A stretch of DNA of 62,973 nt, filler included, from Thraustochytrium aureum (lineage: Eukaryota), in NCBI GenBank assembly GCA_012862495.1. It is 5 parts of 3 records of this genome, joined end to end, with 100 filler letters (N's around TTAATTAATTAA, not from the genome) between each part and the next. Parts side by side here need not be neighbours in the genome. Positions count along the whole stretch, not along the records: positions 21,227 to 36,053 come from BLSG01000280.1; positions 36,154 to 48,534 come from BLSG01000280.1; 3 more parts are not named here. One strand, 5' to 3'. The notes beneath the pieces were generated by a model, which saw nothing but the letters and a program-made list of their open reading frames with translations, was not told where the DNA came from and searched no databases. The first letter of the stretch is position 1. The number at the start of each line of letters is the position of its first letter. A program made the translations under genes and the position numbers. Below, piece after piece: positions 21,227 to 36,854 of the stretch.

Positions 21227-23615
21227 GGTCGACTGGAAGCAGAGAATCTTGGTGCGCACGGCACTGTTCTCCTTAAACGCTGCCACGGCGTCGCAGGCGC
21301 TCTTCAGCGCATTCCTGCCCGAGAGACGGCCCTCACGAGGCGCTCCGTCGGAAAGTATGACCATCGTCGGATTGGCCGTGCTCTCGGAAAGCGCGACGCC
21401 GTAGTCTTGGCTGAAGAGCTCCGGAAAGTTGCTGCCCGAGGACGCTGTCGACTTTGTCATCAAGCCGCTCACCGCTGCCTTGAGCGACGCGACGTTGTAC
21501 GAAGCGTCCGAGCCGAGGCTCGCGACTGGGACGACTTCCGAAACCGAAGGACCAAAGCTCAAGATGGAGAGGTGGGTCCCGAACTCGCCGATGAACAACT
21601 CGTCGATGAGGCTGTTGGCCACGGCCACCTGCGCGACGAGGTTCTTGTTCTTGATGCTGTACGACTTGTCGACGGCGACCATGACGCGTGCACTGTTGCA
21701 GAATCCAAACTGGGTCGGCGACAGCGTCGGCGAGACAGACGGCGAAACGGAAGGGCTCAGCGTCGGGGTCGTAGAGGGCGAGTTCGAGGGGCTCACTGTC
21801 GGCGTCGTGGACGGGCTCGCCGTGGGGCTCACCGACGGGCTGGAAGAGGGGCTGAGGGTCGGCGTGGTGGAAGGCGACGCTGAAGGGCTCACAGAGGGGC
21901 TTGACGACGGGCTCACAGACGGGCTTGACGACGGGCTCGCAGACGGGCTCGCAGATGGGCTCACAGAGGGGCTTGACGACGGGCTCACAGACGGGCTTGA
22001 CGACGGGCTCGCAGACGGGCTCGCAGACGGGCTGGTCGAAGGGCTACTGCTGGGGCTCACAGAGGGGCTTGACGACGGGCTCACAGACGGGCTCGCGCTG
22101 GGGCTTGAAGACGGGCTGGTCGAAGGGCTTGACGACGGGCTGGTCGAAGGGGCTTGACGACGGGCTCACAGACGGGCTGGTCGAAGGGCTNNNNNNNNNN
22201 NNNNNNNNNNNNNNNNNNNNNNNNNNNNNNNNNNNNNNNNNNNNNNNNNNNNNNNNNNNNNNNNNNNNNNNNNNNNNNNNNNNNNNNNNNNNNNNNNNNN
22301 NNNNNNNNNNNNNNNNNNNNNNNNNNNNNNNNNNNNNNNNNNNNNNNNNNNNNNNNNNNNNNNNNNNNNNNNNNNNNNNNNNNNNNNNNNNNNNNNNNNN
22401 NNNNNNNNNNNNNNNNNNNNNNNNNNNNNNNNNNNNNNNNNNNNNNNNNNNNNNNNNNNNNNNNNNNNNNNNNNNNNNNNNNNNNNNNNNNNNNNNNNNN
22501 NNNNNNNNNNNNNNNNNNNNNNNNNNNNNNNNNNNNNNNNNNNNNNNNNNNNNNNNNNNNNNNNNNNNNNNNNNNNNNNNNNNNNNNNNNNNNNNNNNNN
22601 NNNNNNNNNNNNNNNNNNNNNNNNNNNNNNNNNNNNNNNNNNNNNNNNNNNNNNNNNNNNNNNNNNNNNNNNNNNNNNNNNNNNNNNNNNNNNNNNNNNN
22701 NNNNNNNNNNNNNNNNNNNNNNNNNNNNNNNNNNNNNNNNNNNNNNNNNNNNNNNNNNNNNNNNNNNNNNNNNNNNNNNNNNNNNNNNNNNNNNNNNNNN
22801 NNNNNNNNNNNNNNNNNNNNNNNNNNNNNNNNNNNNNNNNNNNNNNNNNNNNNNNNNNNNNNNNNNNNNNNNNNNNNNNNNNNNNNNNNNNNNNNNNNNN
22901 NNNNNNNNNNNNNNNNNNNNNNNNNNNNNNNNNNNNNNNNNNNNNNNNNNNNNNNNNNTGGGCTGGTGCTGGGGCTCGTGCTGGGGCTTTGCGTCGGTGA
23001 TTGCGTCGGGCAGATGCCCTCAAAGTCAAACTTGAACACAATCGTGTTGTCCACTTGGCCATCCCAAACCCAAAATGCATCTTTACTGACGGACGGAGAC
23101 AAATTCTTGATAGTTCCACTCCAGTCACCTTGTCCAGTCCGAGTGTATTTGAGCTTGTCTGAGTTGAGGTGGTATTCCGAGATGGCGTTGGTGGCCTCTT
23201 CGTCGATGAAGAATGCAAGCTCCTTGTGGCCTACGCCTGTGGTCGCCGTCGTGATGAAAGTTCGGCCGCACGCAATGATGCGACCCACAAACCCACCAAC
23301 GTAACCCTTATCTTTGCAAGTGAAAGTGAGCGACGTTGCGTCCGTAACTCCAAATGCCTCAGGGGAGAAGGGTACTCGCCAATCGTCTTCAGATCCCGTA
23401 TCGACGACCTGGTCGCCCTCCGTTCGAATGTAGTTCAGCGTGTTGTCGCAGTGAACCGAGATTTTCGCGCCGCCTTCGCAGCATCCCCCTTGATTTGGTG
23501 GGACGGGCTCTGGAAGAGGAGAGATGTTCTCCGTTGACTCTGTTATGATCGCCATGGCGAGGACACCAAGCGCGGCTGCGGCCGTCGAAAGGCGCCATGT
23601 ACCAAAGCGAGCCAT
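21227..23615 (-). CDS. Secreted modular protein: signal peptide, lectin-like head, Ser/Pro/Thr stalk, vWA domain (gapped, 3' truncated)
   Basis: Hydrophobic leader; head containing HCDN...W...GGFVG; SPSx repeats; vWA with DKSYS MIDAS motif and ILSDG. Confidence 0.85.
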
Positions 23616-24414
23616 GCTGTTGTGCGATCTGCTTTCGCTCTGTCGCTCTCGCGCGGGTGCTACTTTGCCGGGTTGTGTTGTCGGGGTACACTTGCTTTCG
23701 GGTACTGCTGGGTTTCATCAATCGGGCCGCGAGACTGGCAATCAACGCCGCGAGCGGCGCGGTCTTTTTCGAGTCTCAGTGAGCGCTCTGGGGAACGAAG
23801 TTGAATTGTGCGCGTGATAGAGTTGAGTAAGGTGGGTAGCTAAACGTAGAGACGACCACGACTGATACTCTAGTAGAGGCTGCATCACCAAAGCGCCGGC
23901 TCCGTTTCCTCAAGCTAGAGGCTGAGCATGCACAAGACTGAGCGTTGTGAAGCGCGGGCAAACGCTACCGACCGACCAACCTCGCTTCGTATTCGAATTG
24001 TTTGACTCGCACGCTGGTATGTGTTTAGGCCGTGACGTCTCTCCTTGGCATGCGGAAAGTGCGCCTGCTGGCTGGCGGCAGAGCTGCCCGCGCCCAGATC
24101 CACCAGCGTGGAGTCGAGCCCAGACCATAGACGGACGGATCATCATGCACACTTTCACAACGCTCATGGTGCCAAGGCATTTGTCAGCGTCACTCATTGA
24201 TTGACGGAACGAAAACGGACATACCGCATAGAAAATTCTCGTCCACCCAGAGAAAAGTTGCGTCTTTGGGCAAGAAGCATGCGGATGTAGCGCGGTGCTC
24301 CGCGGCGCGTCGTTCGCGAAGTGCTTTCATAAATTCAAGCAGAGTTTGAGGGCAGTCTGATCAGAGGTGCTCCGCGACCCGATCAGTTGGCCTCGAGGGT
24401 CTTCGCGCCGTCCA

Positions 24415-24880
24415 ACTTCCATGAACAACGCTTCTTACTGCACTCGTCGCTTCTTATAATTCCATTCACAACGATTATTACCGTCGTCCTCGCTTCCTAA
24501 ACTTCCATTAACAACGGCAATTACCGTCGTCCTCGCTTTCTATTATTCCATTAACAACGGAACTTACCGTCGTCCTCGCTTCCTAATATTCCATCAACAA
24601 TGGAACTTACCGTTGTCCTCGCTTCCAATATGTCCATCAACAACATTACTTACCGTGGTCCTCGCTCCAATTACTTCCATCAACAACGTCACTTACCGTC
24701 GTACTCGCTCCAATCACTTCCATCAAAAACGGCACTTACCGTCGTACTCGCTCCAATCACTTCCATCAACAACGTTACTTCCCGTGGTCCTCGCTCCAAT
24801 TACTTCCATCAACAACGTCACTTCCCGTCGTCCTCGCTCCAGTCACTTCCATCAACAACGGCACTTCCCGTCGTCCTCGC
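24415..24880. repeat. 43-nt minisatellite, about 11 copies
   Basis: Unit approximately ACTTCCATCAACAACGKCACTTACCGTCGTCCTCGCTCCAATC, starting at 24415, 24458, 24501 ... 24845. Confidence 0.92.
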
Positions 24881-25343
24881 GCCCTGGCGCACCAGCACCA
24901 GCAGGAGGAGCAGGAGCAGCAGGCGCAGCAGCAGCGGCAGTCGCTCAACGGCGCCGGGCGCGGTCGGAGCCGCTGGTACTTGGTGTCCTCTGNNNNNNNN
25001 NNNNNNNNNNNNNNNNNNNNNNNNNNNNNNNNNNNNNNNNNNNNNNNNNNNNNNNNNNNNNNNNNNNNNNNNNNNNNNNNNNNNNNNNNNNNNNNNNNNN
25101 NNNNNNNNNNNNNNNNNNNNNNNNNNNNNNNNNNNNNNNNNNNNNNNNNNNNNNNNNNNNNNNNNNNNNNNNNNNNNNNNNNNNNNNNNNNNNNNNNNNN
25201 NNNNNNNNNNNNNNNNNNNNNNNNNNNNNNNNNNNNNNNNNNNNNNNNNNNNNNNNNNNNNNNNNNNNNNNNNNNNNNNNNNNNNNNNNNNNNNNNNNNN
25301 NNNNNNNNNNNNNNNNNNNNNNNNNNNNNNNNNNNNNNNNNNN

Positions 25344-28689
<3,346 letters not shown>

Positions 28690-29116
28690 GCAAGAGCGAG
28701 ACGAGGGGCGTCTGCACGGCCAGCGTCGGCGACGGCTGTCTCTCTAGAGCTAGAGCTCTAGCTAGAGCGCGACTCCACAGATGCCTTTTGCGGTGGAGGT
28801 CTGGCAAGCTCGGCGTGCGAGACAATTCCGATCGGTTCAACTGCTTGCTCTAGCTAGCGAGAAATACTCCCGTCCAAACGCGTCCACTCGGTGAGTTCAA
28901 CTTCTGGAAATGCGACGTCTGCTTGTTCGGCCAAGTGCTCCAAAGGCGCAATTTAGGCAAGCCACGCTTGCGATTTTCCTTCTCCTACACACACAGCCTT
29001 CCGTCTCTGTCCCTCTTGAGCTCTAGTGGAGGGCCCTAACTCCAACTAGAGCTGGAGGGTGCCGCCTAAACCGCGCGCGCCCATCGCGCCCATCGCGCTT
29101 GTTGTTTCAATTCTGT

Positions 29117-31728
29117 CTACGTTTCCCGCGTCCCCAAGTGCCGCACAAGAAGCACGTTCATCTCGGCGAGCATGGTGCTCATGCTGGTCACTTTGTCCTT
29201 GAGTTCGGCCTGCTCTGCGCGGAGCTCCTCGACGTGACGCTCGAGCCGCAGCACGCTCCGCGAGCAAGAACCGCCGCTACAGCCCCTGCCGCCAAAGGCC
29301 TCGGCATCGAGCGACTCCTCGTTGTCAAAGAGCGAGTCCGGAAGAGAGCTACACGATTGGACGGTTGCCAGTGTTGCGCTCGTGTTGGAGCGGCCCTGCG
29401 CCTCGAGGACGGCGTGACGGCCGCCGTCGCTGTACTCTGCGTCGTTTATGTTGTCAAAGGCGACGCCGGGAAAGCAGGTGAGGAGGTTTTGGTTTTTGGC
29501 CTCGGCGGTCTTGTGGCCCAGGCTGTCGTCCTCCACGCTCTCGTGCTTGCGGTTGTTGAGGTGCTCGATGCGCTTTTTCGCCGTCAAGCGGATCTCGTCC
29601 GCGACGTCCGGGTAGTCGTCCATGAGGTCCTTGAGGTCCTGCTTGGACAAGGCGGCCAATTCGCACTCCGTCGAGGCCACAATAGAGACGCGATGCACTT
29701 CGGAGAGCATGCAGCCGATTTCGCCAAAGTACGAGCCTGGCACGATCGACTTGAAGCGCCGCCCATTTGGGAGCACGACCACGGCGCGACCCGAGATAAG
29801 AAAGTACATTTCGTCGGCATGCTGGCCTCGCGTGGAGATGTAGTCCCCAGGCCGGAAGTGCAGCGGCTTGAGCATTGCGACGCACGCGGCGATGAACTGC
29901 GGCGTCTTGTTGTTGAAGAACGGGACTTGAGGGATCAAGTTGCGGTGCACGTGGAGGGTGACCTCGGTGCGGAGCTGCGTGCTGAGCATGGAGAGAACCT
30001 TTTCCATCTCGCGCGAGTCCCCGTCGAGGCTCTCCCGCGACGCGATAAAGTCAAAGTAACCGAGGATCCGGCGGCGCAAGGCCAGCGGCATCTTCGTTTC
30101 GCGCATGAACTGCACGATCAGGCGCTGCTTGCGCTTGAATTCGGCGTTGCGCCGGTCGAACATGGCGATGATTGAGGAGATGGTCGAGATGACGAACGCG
30201 TACCAAGACACACCGACCATCATGCAGACGATGCTAAAGATGCGCTCTGGATTGGTCCTCGCGGAGATATCGCCAAACCCGACGGTGGTCAAGGTGGAAA
30301 AGCTCCAATACACCGCGGTGAGGTATTTAGTCATGTCTGATTCGTCCTGAATGCCGTGCCGCTGCACCCACGAGTCGGGGTGCAGCGTGTCCGATCCGGC
30401 CCACGCGAGAAAGTACCAGAAGCAGCCGATGAGGTGCGTTACTAAGAGGACCCCGAACAGGACCTTGAACATGCGCGAGAACGCCACGTTGACGCCCACG
30501 TTGAGGCTTTCCCAGTTGTTGAAGATCCGAATGAGCTTGGCGATGCGCAAAAGCTTGAACAGGCGCAATAGACGGATCAGCCTCACAAGGCGAGGCAGGC
30601 GGGCGATCTTGCTCAGCCTGTTGAGCTGGGAATCTCCCAGATCGCCGCTGTACATCTGGTAGAACGGGATGGAGGCGATGATGTCGGCAAACATCCATGT
30701 TTTTGCGTAGGCGACAACGATCTGCCTTTGGTCGACGACTAACTCGCCGTTCGCCCTCCCGATGGCGAAAAAGCAGTTGAACAGGACGTCGAACATGAAG
30801 CACCCGTCTACGGCCCAGTCAAAGGCAGCTGCCGAGCCATCTACCTCGATGTCAAAGCAGACGCGGACCGGCACGGTCACGACGACGTACACAAGCATCA
30901 CGACGACCCAGATCTCCCAGGCCCGCCGAATCCGACTTGACGGAAGCAAGATGTACCACTTTTTGTCCATTCGGGCATCATAGACGTAGTACCGCGGGTC
31001 CCTTGGGTCGTCCAGATCCTCCTCGTGCTTTGCGCCGTACAGTCGGAGTCATTCTCCACGGACTTTAGTCGACTAATTGTCTTTGCTGCGACGCGCATCT
31101 TGGCCCATCTCCTGGCGTTCGTAGCAACTGGTGGGGCCGGTTTGGGGCTGTTGAGGTCGGCCACGACGTCGCGGGCTTCCTCGCCCACAGAGGAGTGGGA
31201 TATGTCGTTGTGAGACCCATTGTGCGGGCGCTGCNNNNNNNNNNNNNNNNNNNNNNNNNNNNNNNNNNNNNNNNNNNNNNNNNNNNNNNNNNNNNNNNNN
31301 NNNNNNNNNNNNNNNNNNNNNNNNNNNNNNNNNNNNNNNNNNNNNNNNNNNNNNNNNNNNNNNNNNNNNNNNNNNNNNNNNNNNNNNNNNNNNNNNNNNN
31401 NNNNNNNNNNNNNNNNNNNNNNNNNNNNNNNNNNNNNNNNNNNNNNNNNNNNNNNNNNNNNNNNNNNNNNNNNNNNNNNNNNNNNNNNNNNNNNNNNNNN
31501 NNNNNCTACGGAGGCTGGCGACTTGCCAGACGCTGTGCCAAACGACGGGCGGCGCTCCCCATCCACTTGCGCCGAGGCATATTGCAGCGAGTCGTTATAG
31601 CCCCAGTCGACCTCGTCCACTGCCGGCAGGACGACCGGGTTGTCGCCTGCTTTGCGCACGCCGCGCTGCTTGAACGACTCTTTGCGCTTGATCGACTCGA
31701 GGAGGTTTGAGGGATTGACGCCGCTCAT
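29117..31728 (-). CDS. Cyclic-nucleotide-binding-domain K+ channel (EAG/HCN/plant Shaker-like)
   Basis: S4 RLPRLVRLIRLLRLFK, filter TTVGFGD, C-linker, CNBD FGEIG, C-terminal coiled coil. The N-terminal extension (31728 to about 31000) crosses a gap and a frameshift and is less certain. Confidence 0.92.
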
Positions 31729-33587
31729 CGCGCGTCGCCGTGGCCAACGTAATGGCCAACGAAGAGCTCCCCGCAGCGACCAACGTAATGGCCAACGAAG
31801 GCGCCAACGAAGGGGTGCGGAAGGAAGGGAGCTGGACGGCTTCGAAGGTCACCTTCGGCCGACCGCTTCCAACCCAGCCCAGCGCCGCACGCCAAGGCCA
31901 ATACACCAAGAGCAGCTCGACGCCAGCCGGCCGCCCTCGCGCGCCGTTCGAGACCTTGTTGGCGTTGGCGCTCTGCCGCAGACGAGCGCGAACGGCATCG
32001 GCGACCCCAATTTTGTCCGGTCGATCGGAGCGTAACGGTAACAAAATGCGAGGACTTAGCCAGCGTGTCGCAAGTGGGCCTGCCTGCTGCTTCCATGCTG
32101 TGTGTCTCGCGACTGTACGAACTGCATGCAGGCGGTGAGCGCGAGCTCGACTGTGCTGTTGTTACGATCGCGCTGGCGCCGTTGGGCATGGCAGAGCTCC
32201 ATGCGGTTATCGATGTCGATGATGCTATCTGACTCCTGCCGGCGATGGCGATGTTGCGTGCTTGCGCTGCCCGGTTGAGACGTTCCAAGGGGAGCAGCGT
32301 TGATTTTGCGCCGAGGCAGTCTGCTTCCAGTCGACGCAAGAGCCGAGGTCAGCCGCGTTCTTCAAGAGCGCTTGCGACGCGATCTGGCTTGCCGAGGCGT
32401 TTCTCCAGACTGGCCACCCACCCGACCTGCATGGCTCTCGCGATGCACGTGCGATCAGCACTGCCTCGCGCAGCGATCGCGGCCTTCTGATCAGAGCTCA
32501 GAATGTCCATGGAGCCGCGGTGCTACTCTGGCGTCCTCCAGGGCTGCGAGCTGTTCACGGGCTCCGCGCCGCTTTATCTCTGAGTCAGCGCAAGATGTGC
32601 ATGTGTACAGAGAGCCCAGCAAGCACAGCTCCCCTGCAGCGCCGAGGCGAGGTGGACGGGCTGCCGTGGTCTGCAAACAATCCAATAGCCGGGCACCAGA
32701 GTGCTTTGTCCCAGCGGCTTGCACAAGAATGCAGCTTGCGACCCCGGCGGCGCCCAGCGGTAGGCGTTCGCAGCGTCCCAAAGGTTCAGCGCCTGGCGAC
32801 GCGTGGTGCAAGCCGGTTGGGACGAAAGGGAAGCAAACTGCACTGAACTGATGAGGCGTGGTCGGAGCGCTTGTGGCATGCGTCGTCCACTTGTGTAGGG
32901 CGCATGCGTCGCATGAACCGTTAATTAACAGGCAGTCCAGTTCGTGCAGTCCAGGATGTGCACGCGCTGGTGACCGGCTTCTTTCTGCGCTGCAACGACC
33001 GAACGAACACGTGGGCAGGCTCTGGACTCGCAACGCTCGACGGCGGAGTTTTCAAAAGTACTAACTCGTTTACCGGTACTTGTACAAAAGTTGTAACTGT
33101 AGAATCGTACTTTGTTCATGAGCTTGACGTGCACAAATTGGTTTGCACAAATTGGTTTGCGGCCCGCGTGGAGTACTTCGAATGGAAATGGATTGATCAG
33201 TGGTCTCGAGGGCGCACCCCCGAGACCTTTTAAAAATCCGCGGGTAGCCCGCGCCACGGTCCCTTGGAGAGTCGGTAGCCGGTTGCTTGCTCACCCTGCG
33301 GTCTGGCGTCGCTCTGCGCGTGGTCCGCTCTGTCGGCCGCCAGACGCCCGCTTGCTGCTTGCGAAGGAGGGTGCCGCCCAGCGGGGCGTCGGGTCTCCAA
33401 GCTTCAGCGCGGAAACCGTCGCCTCCATCCCGTGGCTTCCATGTTTTGGCAAGAAAACGAAGCTCGCTCATCAGCGATTTGTGTTTGTTTGCTCACAACG
33501 AGCTTGCACAACTCGCACTGCACCGCTGCACAGACTGCTCCGCGTCCTTGATCGCACCTGCCAGTGCGTTGACCACCGTCAGGCGGG

Positions 33588-33670
33588 ACTCTACGTAGAG
33601 TACTTGTAAACTCGTCAACTCTACGTAGAGTAGGCCTACTTGTAAACTTGTCACGGTACCGGTACTCTAC
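33588..33670. promoter_or_regulatory. Palindrome cluster, candidate cis-element
   Basis: ACTCTACGTAGAGT at 33588 and 33618, TACTTGTAAAC at 33601 and 33637, GTACCGGTAC at 33656. A regulatory function is inferred, not shown. Confidence 0.4.
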
Positions 33671-34103
33671 AAATGTCTCCGCTTGGGACTCAACGCTCGG
33701 CAAGTAGGTAGGAGGTGGGACGCCAAATCCTTGTAGGAGGTTGGCCCCGAGTGAGATCGTTTTGGCAAGGCCACTGAGGCTACCCTACTCTTGTAGAGGG
33801 CTGCATCGACGAGACAGTCCATTTCTGGGCAGCTGAACATTTTCACGGCCGAACCCTGCCAGTGGGCGCGTGCACTGGAGGAGCCACTTCGCTTCGCTAG
33901 TCACATGCTTGGCCAGACTCAACTCCAGCGCTAGCTAGCTAGTAGAGCTTGTAACCAAGGGCAGGCAGCCCCCAAAACCGACCAGCAGACAGCGACCTGG
34001 CGGCAGTCACCAATCGCCAAGCGCAAAAATCGCATCGAGACAACGAAACAGACGCTGAAGAGCTAGTTGCTGTAGCACGTGCTGGTTCGAAACAGAAGGC
34101 ATC

Positions 34104-36053
34104 ATGGTGCGCCTTGCGGCTCTTGCCGCTGCCTTCCTCGGGGCGTTTGCCACAGCCAACGCAGAGTGCCCAATTGGCTTCAAGCAAGTGCCTGCATCAG
34201 CCACGCTTGTTGGGGACGTCACCTTCGGCTCGAACTTCGAGGCAGAGTTCTCGTACACTTTGGCCACCATGCCCACCGAGAACGCTGGGCTCTTCCACGT
34301 GGGCTCCAACCAAGATCACCCGCGCCTTCTCTCCGCTTTCATCGCCGGAAACAGCGCAAACCTGATGCTCCGCGTCGATGTAAGCGTAGCCACTGAGAAC
34401 TTTGGGGGGAATGGTTGGAACTGCAACATCGGCCAACTCAATCTGAACACCTTGTACAACGTGCGCATCTCGTTTCAGAGCGGCCACGCTACCGTGGACA
34501 TTGAGGACGAAACTGGGCCCTCCAGGCGTGCGTGTGAGGCAGATCTCGAGGGCTCCCCTACTGCGGGCACAAACGTCCAATACTTTGAGGGCACACCAAC
34601 GCACATCGCTGCAGACGCCTGCGTATCGCCACTCTTACTGGGTACCCGAACCCCCACATCCCATCCTTCTGTGGGCCCCACCATGTACCCAACAATGAGC
34701 CCTTTGGAATGCCCAGCCGGACAGAGCCCAGTGCCTGAGGAACCAACAAAGATCGGGACGGTCTCGTTCGGGCCCAACTTTGAGGCCAAGTTCTCATACT
34801 TGTTGGCGAGAATTCCCAGCGCCGAGCCCGCTGGCCTTTTCCATGTGACGCCAACAAACAAAGGTCATCCGCGCCTCTTCTCCGCTTTCATTCGCCCAAG
34901 TTCGGGGGACCTTCTCATCCGCGTGGATGTCGATAACGTCGACGAGAATACAGGCGGGTGGGGGTGGGGCTGTGAAGTCTCTGGCCTCGCACTCGACACG
35001 GTATACAACGTTCACGTGTCTTTCCAGAACAGCAGCGTGACCGTCGACGTTGACAACTTGGAGGGCTTGCCTGGTCGCGTATGCCAGGATCAGCTCTCTG
35101 GCAAACCAAGTGGTGGAAACGAAGTCGCATATTTTGAGGGCAACCCGTCATTTGACCCCGCGTACGCCTGTATCTCGGCACTAGACTTCGATACGCGCGC
35201 ACCGACGACTAGTCCTTCGGCAAGCCCGTCGTCCAGCCCGAGCGCGAGCCCGAGCGCGAGCCCGTCTACTAGCCCCTCGATGAGCCCAAGCGCAAGCCCC
35301 TCGACGAGCCCTAGTACGAGCCCAACAACGAGCCCTTCGTCGTCTCCAACGCTGTCATGCCCCGACAAGTTTACGCGGCCCTCGCAAGATGCAGGGGTTG
35401 ATGGTCTCGTCACCCTCGGCACCGACTTTGACGCTAAGTTCGGGCTGCGCATCAATTCAATCTCACCAAGCTCCACGCCATCATCAATCTTTCATATCAC
35501 TGGCGAGGGCTCCGACACGCCGCGACTCTTCTCCATGTTCCTCCGGCCGAAGTCGACAAAGATCCTTTTCCGCATCGCTACGGACCATCCGGAGGAGAAC
35601 GAAGGCACGCTCGGCTGGGGCTGCGAGCTCGACGATTCGACGGCAGCGAAAGTCCAAGTTGGCGTCCTCTACAAAATTCACGTCTCTGTCCTCAACAATC
35701 GCATGATGGCGACGATCTTCGAGGATGGGACGACAGATGGGCCTGGCCTGGTCTGCGACGACACGATGGTTGGTGATCCCATAGCGGGAGTTGACGTCAA
35801 TCTGTTCACCAGCTCGTCTCATTACCCCGCTGCTGACGTTTGCCTCGGGCCGATTTCGATTACGACTCCATCGCCAACCTCGAGTCCGTCAGTGAGCCCT
35901 TCCGTGAGCCCGTCGGCGAGCCCGTCCACTAGCCCGAGTGCGAGCCCCAGCACAAGCCCGTCTGCGAGCCCGTCGTCGAGCCCGTCCACGAGCCCGTCTA
36001 CTAGCCCGAGCGCGAGCCCCTCGTCAAGCCCCAGCACGAGCCCAAGCGTAAGC
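34104..36053 (+). CDS. Secreted protein with three tandem copies of an unnamed beta-rich head domain and Ser/Pro/Thr linkers (3' truncated)
   Basis: Signal peptide, then three copies of C..FG.NFEA.F..LFHV..PRL.S.F..IRV..EN.G..GW.C..Y.V..S..C..G.P..A.AC, plus SPSx repeats. Confidence 0.88.
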
Positions 36054-36153
36054 NNNNNNNNNNNNNNNNNNNNNNNNNNNNNNNNNNNNNNNNNNNNTTA
36101 ATTAATTAANNNNNNNNNNNNNNNNNNNNNNNNNNNNNNNNNNNNNNNNNNNN
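36054..36153. other. Artificial scaffold linker
   Basis: N44-TTAATTAATTAA-N44. Confidence 0.95.
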
Positions 36154-36854
36154 CAACCAGGTGGACTCCAACGTCCCGCCGCAGCAGCTCATGACTACCG
36201 CGCACTGCCAATCGATGAGAAATCGACCGGGGTTGAGCGTTGGCTCACAAAGTGCGTCGAAGCCTCGTTTTCAAAGCGAATAGGTCGACCTCCATCGCCA
36301 CATCCTGGCGCACCGCATAGCCTGCACGCTCCGGTACCCGTCTCCTTTTGTAATCAAATCGATGAGCTCCATCTTGATGTGGCTGGCCCAGAGCTCTACT
36401 AGCTAGCTGGAGAGCTCGAGGTACTCTCTTCAAGAGAGAGAGTTGCAGCGCACTACGCTACTTTCGCAAGAGGAAACAGAATCCGACCACGCGAGCCGCT
36501 TCGTCGTCCAGAGCGGGAGTGGCTTCACCTCACGCAGCGTTCAGGCGCCACAGCCCCAATCAACGCGTCCTGGCGGGCTATCGGCAAGAGCCGTCACGTG
36601 ACAACGGTGCGTGCGAATGAATGCACGAAAGATCCGTTGAGATTGTTGCATTTTCGAGACCAGTTGGCTGATCAAGTTGCTGGCGCTCGCGGCACAGGCG
36701 CGCGCTGGCGGTGGACGTCGACGTGCTCGCGTCCTCGTAGAGGCTTCCATTCACTATCTCTTGCTGAGCATCTTGTCAGGGCTCACCGCGCCGGCCCTTG
36801 GCCTCGTGGTGGCGAGGGCTTCACTGGTCGCCTGCACCAGCGCCCACACTGATC

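Noticed and set aside
24415..24880. CRISPR-like array
   Set aside because: Units are head-to-tail with no unique spacers, no cas genes, and the context is eukaryotic.
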